DNA from: Patescibacteria group bacterium
Lineage (GTDB): Bacteria; Patescibacteriota; Saccharimonadia; Saccharimonadales; 2-12-FULL-41-12
Length of the DNA stretch: 64,000 nucleotides
Reading direction: 5' to 3'
Assembly (NCBI GenBank): GCA_038064875.1
Contig: JBBTSC010000001.1
Coordinates: 699,004-763,003, forward strand
Below the pieces are notes generated by a model, which ran no database searches, was not told the origin of the DNA, and was given only the letters and a program-made list of their open reading frames with translations. Of the stretch, positions 1-7,878 are shown one piece after another. Each line of letters begins with the position of its first letter. The first letter of the stretch is position 1. A program made the translations under genes and the position numbers.

Positions 1-1
1 C

Positions 2-2467
2 GTAGCTTGGGACAAACCCAAGACAAATATCCGAAAAAGAAGAGAGTTGTATCCGCAGTACAAAGCGAATCGAAAGCCTGCACCTCCAGATTTTTACGCT
101 CAGATTCCTTATTTACATGAGCTACTTGATTCTTTCGGGTGGCCACTGTATGAGCTAGATGATTATGAAGCTGACGATATAATGGGCGCACTGGCTGTCC
201 AGGCAAAAGAGAAAGACATAGAAACATTATTGATTACCTCTGATCTGGACATGCTCCAATTGATAAATCATCATGTACATGTTTATGCTCTAAAAACTGG
301 CCTTAGTAATATTGAGCTGTTCCATCCGGAGTCTTTTGAGGCAAAATACGGTATAAAAGTAGAACAATTCCTAGATCTTAAAAGTCTCAAGGGCGATAGT
401 TCTGACAATATACCTGGTGCACCAGGTATAGGTGAGAAGACAGCCGTTCAGCTTCTGCAGGAGTATGAAACACTAGATAATGTCTATAAGAACCTAGACA
501 AAATAAAAGAAACAACCAAGAAGAAGCTAGTAGAAGGCAGAGAGCTCGTAGATGTGAGCAAAAAATTAGCTCGCATTTGGACCGATGCACCGATAAAACT
601 AGATCTAGAAGCAGTTGATGGTCGTCATATAAAGCCTGACAAGGTTCTTCAGCTACTCGAAGAGCTTCAATTCAGAACACTTGTTAAGCAAGCTAGGGAT
701 GTGTTGGACCTTAGTTCCGCCACAATAGAGGAGTCAAGCCCAACAGAATATCGCGGGGAAGTCATAAAAATTGATGATGCTAATATTGATAAACTATCTG
801 CAATTATCGCTTCAGACAAAATTTTTGTTCAAGCGCGCGTTGAGGACAGCCTTGGCAAAAAGCTGGGAGCTCTAATAGTTAGTGTAGACGTTAAAAAGAC
901 GTACATAATTGACGGAAAACTATTGAATGATGCTAAGTTTTTGAAAAAACTTTTTGACGGAAAATCAACAATTATTGGCTATGAGCTCAAGCCACTTATA
1001 AAAGTTTTAATAGAAAACAAGTTACCAATAACTCAGAATTTTTTTGATATCAAAGTTGCTTGCTTTTTAAATAATTCACTTGATTCAGATTTTTCATTAT
1101 CTGGTTTGGCGAGAAATCATATTGATTGGCATGGTCCAGAACTTGAGGAGCTAGATATTGACGGGCTAAAAGCCGTCTCTGGTGAGTTGATGAGCGTCAT
1201 ACAAAACCTATACTCATATGTTCAAAAAGAGTTGGAAAAAACTCCAGAGGTCTTAAAGTTGGCTAAAGAGATCGAAATGCCCATGCTTCCGATTCTCTCT
1301 AGGATGGAAAAGTACGGAATTGCGCTTGATAAGAATTATCTTTCAGATCTTGGCGATAAATTAACAGATAAAATTAGTGATATAGAGCAGGAAATATATG
1401 GATATGCTGACACAGAGTTTAATATCAGTAGCCCAAAACAACTCGCAGATATACTTTATGAAAAACTCGGTTTGCCAACCCAGGGGGTGAAGAAAGGTAA
1501 GACAGGATATAGTACTGCAAGTGGTGAGCTCAATAAGTTGAAATTTGCACATCCAATAATTGACCTAATTCAAAGTTATCGTGAGATGACAAAACTTATG
1601 AGTACTTACGTCAGTACCTTGCCCACTCAGGTAGATTCAGATGGCCGAATTCATACTAACTTTAGTTTAGTGGTCGCTCAGACAGGGAGGCTTAGTTCAA
1701 ATGACCCTAATTTGCAAAATATTCCAACAAAGACAGAGCTTGGCAACGAAGTTCGTAGAGCTTTTAGGGCTCCAAAAGGCAAGGTGTTCATCAGTGCCGA
1801 CTATAGCCAGTTTGAACTTAGGATAGCTGCTCTTTTGGCAGGTGACAAAGATATGATAGATGTCTTTAATAATGATATAGATATTCATACCGCAACTGCC
1901 ACACAGATTTATTCACGGAACGAAGAAGACATAACTAAGACTATGCGTAGAGATGCCAAAGTCATCAATTTCGGCGTACTCTATGGAATGAGCCCTCATG
2001 GTTTGAGCGAGGCGACGGGCATGACTATTCCAATGGCTAAAGATTTTATTGATAAATATTTCCAAATCAGAAAACCACTTCTTGGGTATATAGAAACGCT
2101 TAAAACCCAAGCAAAAGACGAAGGGTACGTCTCAACCTATTTTGGTAGAAGACGATATACTCCAGACGTTAAATCCAGTAATTTTATTGTAAGATCGTCT
2201 GCTGAGAGAGCCGCTATAAATATGCCAATACAAGGTACGGCCTCAGATATTATGAAAATAGCTATGATTAAGGTCCAAAAAGAATTAGAGAAGTTCTCAG
2301 ATGCAAATATGCTTTTGCAAATTCATGACTCCCTCATTATTGAAGTTCCTAAATCAGACGCAGAAGAAATTGCTCATGTGGTAAAGGAGACTATGGAGCA
2401 AGCGGTCAAACTAGATGTTAAAATCACTGTTGACACCTCTATAGCCGACAACTGGGCTGACCTATAG
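2..2467 (+). CDS. polA: DNA polymerase I (5' end cut by window edge)
   Basis: The frame is open to nt 2 (VAWDKPKTNIRKRRELYPQYKANRK, a 5'-nuclease motif), so the tracked start at 47 is an internal TTG. A-family polymerase motifs are present: DYSQFELRIAA, RRDAKVINFGVLYG, QIHDSLI. Confidence 0.95.
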   Translation, partial: VAWDKPKTNIRKRRELYPQYKANRKPAPPDFYAQIPYLHELLDSFGWPLYELDDYEADDIMGALAVQAKEKDIETLLITSDLDMLQLINHHVHVYALKTGLSNIELFHPESFEAKYGIKVEQFLDLKSLKGDSSDNIPGAPGIGEKTAVQLLQEYETLDNVYKNLDKIKETTKKKLVEGRELVDVSKKLARIWTDAPIKLDLEAVDGRHIKPDKVLQLLEELQFRTLVKQARDVLDLSSATIEESSPTEYRGEVIKIDDANIDKLSAIIASDKIFVQARVEDSLGKKLGALIVSVDVKKTYIIDGKLLNDAKFLKKLFDGKSTIIGYELKPLIKVLIENKLPITQNFFDIKVACFLNNSLDSDFSLSGLARNHIDWHGPELEELDIDGLKAVSGELMSVIQNLYSYVQKELEKTPEVLKLAKEIEMPMLPILSRMEKYGIALDKNYLSDLGDKLTDKISDIEQEIYGYADTEFNISSPKQLADILYEKLGLPTQGVKKGKTGYSTASGELNKLKFAHPIIDLIQSYREMTKLMSTYVSTLPTQVDSDGRIHTNFSLVVAQTGRLSSNDPNLQNIPTKTELGNEVRRAFRAPKGKVFISADYSQFELRIAALLAGDKDMIDVFNNDIDIHTATATQIYSRNEEDITKTMRRDAKVINFGVLYGMSPHGLSEATGMTIPMAKDFIDKYFQIRKPLLGYIETLKTQAKDEGYVSTYFGRRRYTPDVKSSNFIVRSSAERAAINMPIQGTASDIMKIAMIKVQKELEKFSDANMLLQIHDSLIIEVPKSDAEEIAHVVKETMEQAVKLDVKITVDTSIADNWADL

Positions 2468-2468
2468 G

Positions 2469-2550
2469 CTTAAGAAGGGAAAACCCAGCAAGGTTTTTCA
2501 CCTCCCCCAGACTCCAGCTAAAGCTCTAGCGATTCTCCCTTCCCATAGTA
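2469..2550 (+). repeat. Copy 1 of an ~80-nt repeated 3'-flank element (hairpin plus CACCTCC core)
   Basis: CTTAAGAAGGGAAAACCCAGCAAGGTTTTTCACCTCCCCCAGACTC...GATTCTCCCTTCCCATAGTA matches the reverse complement of 22159-22239 closely. It starts 2 nt after the polA stop. Confidence 0.6.
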
Positions 2551-2598
2551 TTGATTTTTGATGAGCAAGTAATAGAAAACCTAAAATAAATTTGCTAA

Positions 2599-2835
2599 CT
2601 ATTTGATGCGGATGACGAGTTTTTTATTTGTGTTTAAGATTGCATTAAGTTCAATAATTTTATATCGCAAACTAGTTGCTAAAGGGGCAGAGTCAACGGT
2701 TATAATTATTGAATTTTTCCCTAACTCTACATCTGGGGTTGCTTCAAATTGTTCCCAGACAAACTTCTTAATCTGAGCGATTTCTTTCGGCTCTTTGTAT
2801 TTACTACGACCAAGTAAGTCTCCTAGATTATCCAT
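2599..2835 (-). CDS. DUF721/DciA-like small protein
   Basis: Start taken at MDNLGDLL (ATG 2835). The pattern W-x..-P-x-L-x-G-x-IIITVDS-A-LA-L-(x)-I-LN...IRI is typical of DUF721. The longer tracked ORF would overlap the mutM start. Confidence 0.5.
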   Translation of the reverse strand: MDNLGDLLGRSKYKEPKEIAQIKKFVWEQFEATPDVELGKNSIIITVDSAPLATSLRYKIIELNAILNTNKKLVIRIK

Positions 2836-2866
2836 ATGTACTACCATCTTACTATATAATAAGTAT

Positions 2867-3751
2867 ATGCCGGAGTTGCCAGAAGTAGAGGTAGTCAGGA
2901 TGGGCCTCATAGAGTTAGTCGTGGGTCAGAATATCCTTGGTCTAAAATCAGTGAACAGCCCAAAGAGCTTGATAGGTTCTGCGAGTGATATCAAGCAATT
3001 CGTCGTTGGGTCAAAGATCATCAACGTTCGCCGAAGAGGTAAGTTGCTCATCATCGATCTGAGTAGTGAGTATTGCCTGGTGGTTCATCTCAAGATGACA
3101 GGGCAACTTGTCTATAGATCTCATGACGAGCAAACAAGTTTTGGGGCCGGTCATCCGACGAATAGTTTGGTTGGCAAACTACCTGATGCATCTACCAGAG
3201 CTACTATTTCTTTAGAAGACGGAACATTATTTTTTAACGATCAGAGAAAATTCGGTTGGATTCGCCTCCTTCACAGAGATCAGCTTGATGATATTGGACT
3301 CTACCGGACTATGGGGCCTGAGCCACTCGATGGACTGGGCAAAGAAATTTTTAGTAAGAGGCTGAGTCGCAAAGCAAATTCCAGGATAAAACCGGCAATA
3401 CTTGACCAGTCAGTCATTGCTGGTGTAGGAAATATATATGCAGATGAGAGTCTCTGGATGAGTCAAATTCATCCAGCAACCAGAGTTAAAAATATTTCAG
3501 AAGATGTTAGAGCATTGTTGCTGAGTTCAATCATTGAGAGCATGAGAACTTCTATTGCTCATGGTGGCTCAACCGACAGAAATTATGTTAACGCCGAAGG
3601 CAAGCGAGGTAGCTATATGACTTTTGCTAAAGTTTTTCGGCGTGAGGGTAAGGATTGCTTAAGATGTGGTGATGAAATAATAAAAATTAAGCTTGCAGGA
3701 CGTGGAACGCACCTCTGTTCCACTTGCCAAAAAGAGGTTCAAGACTCATGA
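2867..3751 (+). CDS. mutM: Formamidopyrimidine-DNA glycosylase (Fpg/MutM)
   Basis: The true N-terminus is MPELPEVEV (catalytic Pro2/Glu3). H2TH region and C-terminal zinc finger CLRCG...CSTC are present. Confidence 0.9.
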   Translation: MPELPEVEVVRMGLIELVVGQNILGLKSVNSPKSLIGSASDIKQFVVGSKIINVRRRGKLLIIDLSSEYCLVVHLKMTGQLVYRSHDEQTSFGAGHPTNSLVGKLPDASTRATISLEDGTLFFNDQRKFGWIRLLHRDQLDDIGLYRTMGPEPLDGLGKEIFSKRLSRKANSRIKPAILDQSVIAGVGNIYADESLWMSQIHPATRVKNISEDVRALLLSSIIESMRTSIAHGGSTDRNYVNAEGKRGSYMTFAKVFRREGKDCLRCGDEIIKIKLAGRGTHLCSTCQKEVQDS

Positions 3752-4659
3752 ACTATTTAATAACAGGGGATTCATATCTAATCAGTGTAAAACTCAGTCA
3801 ACTAAAGTCTATGTTCCTGGAAGCTCATCCAAACGGATTGATTGAGAATGTTGATCCAGAGAATATTTCGCTCGCAAAAATTGAGGAAATTCTCGGCAGT
3901 ACTTCACTATTTTCTGCAGATAAATTGGTGATAGTAAAAGGTCTTGGTTCCAACAAAAATATCGCGAGCAATATTGAACAAATTTTTGAATCTATAGTGG
4001 ATGGCACAGAACTAGTCCTAGTTGAAAAGACGCTGGATAAGAGAAGTATTTATTACAAATTTTTGAATTCTGACAAGCGTCTGGAACATCATGATCTGAC
4101 TCCAAACAATGTTGAAAAATGGGTTACAGAACAAGTTGCCCAGCAAGCAGGAAAGATTTCTCAAACAGATGTAAAATACTTAATCGAGGCTGTAGGTTCA
4201 CAACCAGAACAGCTGTTTTTTGAAATACAAAAGTTGATCTTTTATAGTCCGAATATAACAAAAGAAACCATTGATTTACTCATACAAAAAACATTAACAA
4301 GTTCTGTGTTTGACCTTGTGAACGCAATTTTTACTCAAGGCGCTGATAGAGCAACAAAGCTCTATGATCAGCAACGTTTCCTGGGCACAGAGCCAGTGGC
4401 GATTATTGGTATGATTGCCTGGCAACTTCACTTGCTAGCCCTGACCAAAACCGGAGATAAAAATTCTGCGGAGATTGCTCGTGAGACCAAGATAAATCCT
4501 TACTCGCTGAGTCAATCAGCAAGCATCTCGAATAATCTCAGCCTGGGAGATATCAATCAAATGATAAAGACTCTAAACGCAATTGACTACAAATCAAAAA
4601 CCTCACCAATCAATATTGATGAGGCTCTGAAGACTTGGATTACTGTCCAAGCGAACTAA
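3748..4659 (+). CDS. holA: DNA polymerase III delta subunit
   Basis: ATGA overlap with the mutM stop. ~300 aa with the N-terminal LITGDSYL...LFSADKLVIVKG pattern of HolA. Confidence 0.75.
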   Translation: MNYLITGDSYLISVKLSQLKSMFLEAHPNGLIENVDPENISLAKIEEILGSTSLFSADKLVIVKGLGSNKNIASNIEQIFESIVDGTELVLVEKTLDKRSIYYKFLNSDKRLEHHDLTPNNVEKWVTEQVAQQAGKISQTDVKYLIEAVGSQPEQLFFEIQKLIFYSPNITKETIDLLIQKTLTSSVFDLVNAIFTQGADRATKLYDQQRFLGTEPVAIIGMIAWQLHLLALTKTGDKNSAEIARETKINPYSLSQSASISNNLSLGDINQMIKTLNAIDYKSKTSPINIDEALKTWITVQAN

Positions 4660-4661
4660 TA

Positions 4662-4979
4662 CTATTTTTTCTTCGTAGTCTTTTTTGCCGACGTCTTCTT
4701 AGCAGGAGACTTCTTTACTGAGCTAGCTGATTTTTTGCTAGCTTTGGCAAGCTGGCTTTTCTTTCTGGCAGCTTTATTCTTGTGAATAACTCCTTTTTTA
4801 GCTGCTTTATCAATCTCGCTCTGTGCTTTTGAAAGAGATTTTGCAGTTGGCTTACCTGAGCTCACTGCACTTTGAAGTGATTTTACTGCTTTTTTCAAAG
4901 CTCGCTTTGTTTTTAGATTGCGTAGTGTTGCTTTTCGGGCAACAGTAACACGCTTTTTCGCTGATTTTATAATTGGCAT
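4662..4979 (-). CDS. rpsT: 30S ribosomal protein S20 with Lys/Ala-rich C-terminal tail
   Basis: MPIIKSAKKRVTVARKATLRNLKTKRALKKAVK. Start set at the ATG at 4979, not the longer tracked ORF. Confidence 0.9.
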   Translation of the reverse strand: MPIIKSAKKRVTVARKATLRNLKTKRALKKAVKSLQSAVSSGKPTAKSLSKAQSEIDKAAKKGVIHKNKAARKKSQLAKASKKSASSVKKSPAKKTSAKKTTKKK

Positions 4980-5103
4980 ATAGCTCCTTACGCTTTTGTT
5001 AAATTTTGTATGCTTAACTACACTATAAATAATCTGGTGGAAAAAGTCTAGACAAATGCCCTTAAATGTTGTACCCTGAAGTAGGTAATATACAAAAACA
5101 AAA

Positions 5104-6564
5104 ATGGACAATCAGCCAAACGAAAACCACGACCAATTTGACCTTGTTGTTGAGAAGTTAGAATCAGCGACTAATATTCTAGTTACGGTCAAATCAAATC
5201 CTAGCGTAGATCAGCTGGCTTCGTTGATTGGTCTGACCCTTTCTCTTAATAAGATCGGCAAACACGCTACAGCAGTTTTCAGTGGTGAAGTGCCATCTGT
5301 TCTCGAATTTCTAAAACCTGACGACACCATCGAGGCAAATACCAACAGCCTGCGTGATTTTATCATTGCTATTGATAAATCAAAGGCAGACAAACTTCGC
5401 TATAAGGTAGAAGGTGATGTAGTTCGAATATTTATAACTCCTTACAAAACCAGCTTAAGCGACAAAGATCTTGAATTTAGCCAAGGCGATTTCAATATAG
5501 ATGCAATAGTCGGACTTGGTATTCATGATAAATCAGATCTGGACAAAGCAATTGTGGCTCATGGCAAGATCTTGCATGATGCGACAGTTCTCTCAATAAC
5601 TAACGACAAGAGAAGTGAACTAGGTAGTGTTCTCTGGGTTGATGATAAATCAAGCAGTTTATGTGAGATGGTCGCAGATGTTGCAAGAGAACTCGATAAA
5701 GATATCTTTGATGAACAGATTTCGACTTCTTTCTTGACCGGTATCGTCGCTGAGACATCCCGGTTTAGTAATGAAAAAACTACCCCACATGCTATGAGCG
5801 TGGCGGGTCTTCTAATGGCAGGGGGCGCAAATGCTCAGCTTATTAGTACTAAATTAGAAGCACCTAAGAAGACTCATGCAAAAGAAAAGCCTGAAGCTGA
5901 TTCTTCAGAAGACCAAGAAGTTAAAGATGATGGTACTCTGACAATTAAACATATCGAAAAACCAAAAAAACAAGAAGAAAAGCCGGCCAAGTCTGAGCCA
6001 GTTGAACTAGAAGAAGAAACAGACGACATTCATATAGATCAAGACGGCAAGCTTCAGAAGATAGAAGAACTCAAAAAGCTCAAAGAAGAAGATTCGAAAG
6101 ACAGCGCATTTATAAAAGAGCCACCGACTTTCACAGGACAGCTGACCGCCAACACCAATTCTCCAGACAGTCAGCTTGAACCAAGTTCAGACCCTCTTAG
6201 TAGCACGCAAGCCCAAGCTCACCGTCCAATAATGAGCAGACCACCGAGGATTAGTACCAGAAAAGAAGAACCCGTTGAAGATACTGAGAAAACTCTCACA
6301 GAAATAGAAAATTCACTTAAGACTCCTGATACAGAAGAGCTTTCAGAAGATCTTCCAAAAGAATCTACCGCAGATCAGGCCCGTGAAGCAATAGATCAAG
6401 CAAGGCTTGATACTGTTCGTCCAGAACCGAGGCAAGCCAGTGGTTCCACACCTTTAGATTTAGATGTGCAAGGTCTAAGTAGCCCGCCAGAGCCAGAGTC
6501 GAGCGTAGATAATCCTTCTTCGCCACCTCCACCAGTTCCACCCCCAATGATGCCACCAAACTAA
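5104..6564 (+). CDS. DHH-family (NrnA-like) domain protein with lost catalytic motifs and a long disordered Pro/Glu/Ser-rich C-terminus
   Basis: N-terminal ~240 aa aligns by eye to the DHH fold (ILVTVKSNPSVDQLASLIGL; LTGIVAETSRFSNEKTTPHAMSVAGLLMAGGAN). DGD is replaced by VDQ and DHH by NDK. No DHHA1 GGGH motif. The C-terminal ~240 aa are low complexity and end in PPPPVPPPMMPP. Confidence 0.55.
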   Translation: MDNQPNENHDQFDLVVEKLESATNILVTVKSNPSVDQLASLIGLTLSLNKIGKHATAVFSGEVPSVLEFLKPDDTIEANTNSLRDFIIAIDKSKADKLRYKVEGDVVRIFITPYKTSLSDKDLEFSQGDFNIDAIVGLGIHDKSDLDKAIVAHGKILHDATVLSITNDKRSELGSVLWVDDKSSSLCEMVADVARELDKDIFDEQISTSFLTGIVAETSRFSNEKTTPHAMSVAGLLMAGGANAQLISTKLEAPKKTHAKEKPEADSSEDQEVKDDGTLTIKHIEKPKKQEEKPAKSEPVELEEETDDIHIDQDGKLQKIEELKKLKEEDSKDSAFIKEPPTFTGQLTANTNSPDSQLEPSSDPLSSTQAQAHRPIMSRPPRISTRKEEPVEDTEKTLTEIENSLKTPDTEELSEDLPKESTADQAREAIDQARLDTVRPEPRQASGSTPLDLDVQGLSSPPEPESSVDNPSSPPPPVPPPMMPPN

Positions 6565-6720
6565 CCTTCGCACCAGCTCCTGTCTTTTGGCAGAGCCAGA
6601 AGCACTGAGCTTCTTGGCGCAGGTAAGTATTTTTGTTTCCGATACTCACTTCACCGTATAATTTGTACGGCTCGTTCTGTTTCTCAACAAGAAATATTTA
6701 CCTGTACCCAAGTGCGAAGG
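6565..6720. other. Nested long-hairpin intergenic element (candidate structured RNA)
   Basis: Outer stem CCTTCGCAC (6565-6573) pairs with GTGCGAAGG (6712-6720). Inner ~18-bp stem 6620-6637 pairs with 6686-6704. Local hairpins include CCAGAAGC/GCTTCT(T)GG and CCGTA/TACGG. It starts directly after the stop codon at 6562-6564. Confidence 0.35.
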
Positions 6721-6766
6721 CTAGTTCCAGCGCATTTTAAAGATAAAACTAAGGTATAGTAGGTAT

Positions 6767-7426
6767 ATGTTTGAGGATGGAGTTCATTTGATTGATAAGC
6801 ACAAAGGTTGGACTTCTTTTGATGTGGTGAATAAAATTCGTTTTTCTGTAGCTAAAGAGCGCGGTAAAAAGCCGAAAAATATTAAAGTTGGCCACGCTGG
6901 TACCCTTGACCCCTTGGCAACAGGGCTTTTAATAGTGCTAGTTGGCAAAGAGTTTACTAAAAAGGCCAGTGAATATTCAAAGATGGACAAAACGTACGAA
7001 GTAACTATGAAATTAGGTCAAACTTCTGTAACAGGCGACGAAGAGGGTGAAAAGACAGATATGTCTGATATAGAGCCTTCAGCTAAAGAAGTTCAACAAT
7101 CAATTGATAAGTTTCAGGGAGACATCATGCAAACTCCACATAATTTCTCAGCAATCAAAGTAAATGGGCAAAGAGCCTACAAATTAGCTCGCAAAGGCCA
7201 AGAAGTGGCGATAGAGCCTAGAGAAGTTAACATCCACGTAGAACTAACAGATTATACTTACCCTTTGATTAAATTTACCGCAAAAGTTAGTAGTGGCACG
7301 TACATTAGGTCTCTAGTAGAAGATATAGGCAAAGACCTCAAAACAGGAGCTTATATGTCAGATCTCCGGCGTACGCAGATTGGGCAATTCAAAGTTGATG
7401 AAGCGGAGCATATAGAAAAGGGTTGA
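6767..7426 (+). CDS. truB: tRNA pseudouridine-55 synthase
   Basis: KGWTSFDVV...GHAGTLDPLATGLL motif with the catalytic Asp. Confidence 0.9.
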   Translation: MFEDGVHLIDKHKGWTSFDVVNKIRFSVAKERGKKPKNIKVGHAGTLDPLATGLLIVLVGKEFTKKASEYSKMDKTYEVTMKLGQTSVTGDEEGEKTDMSDIEPSAKEVQQSIDKFQGDIMQTPHNFSAIKVNGQRAYKLARKGQEVAIEPREVNIHVELTDYTYPLIKFTAKVSSGTYIRSLVEDIGKDLKTGAYMSDLRRTQIGQFKVDEAEHIEKG

Positions 7427-7462
7427 TCTCAGAGGGTTGATCTGTTACAATAGAGCTCAAGA

Positions 7463-7729
7463 ATGATTACTAAGGAGAAAAAGGCGACTATTGTTGCCGA
7501 TCACGTTAAAGATAAAAAGAACACAGGCGACCCAGCTGTGCAGGTTGGTATTTTGTCTGCACGGATTTCTGAAATTACAGAGCATCTAAAGGTTAACAAG
7601 AAAGATTTTGCTGCACGTCGTGGGCTTCTACAGATGGTAGGTAAGAGAAAACGACTTCTTAAATACATCGCTGAGAAAGATAGTCAGAAGTATCTGGAAC
7701 TCATTAAAAAGCTTGGTATTAGACGCTAG
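7463..7729 (+). CDS. rpsO: 30S ribosomal protein S15
   Basis: 88 aa with GDPAVQVGILSARISEITEHLK...RRGLLQMVGKRKRLLKY. Classic rpsO-pnp linkage. Confidence 0.95.
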   Translation: MITKEKKATIVADHVKDKKNTGDPAVQVGILSARISEITEHLKVNKKDFAARRGLLQMVGKRKRLLKYIAEKDSQKYLELIKKLGIRR

Positions 7730-7878
7730 ATCCTAGATTCCCGGGCGTAAATTTTATGCTTAGTAACCTAGAATCAAACATTCTAGTAATTAATTAACGA
7801 GAGTGGTAGTTTGCACAAGATCCTTGAGAGAAAAGGAGCTTGGAAAGTGTCACTCTCACATTTAAGGAAAGAGGAAAA

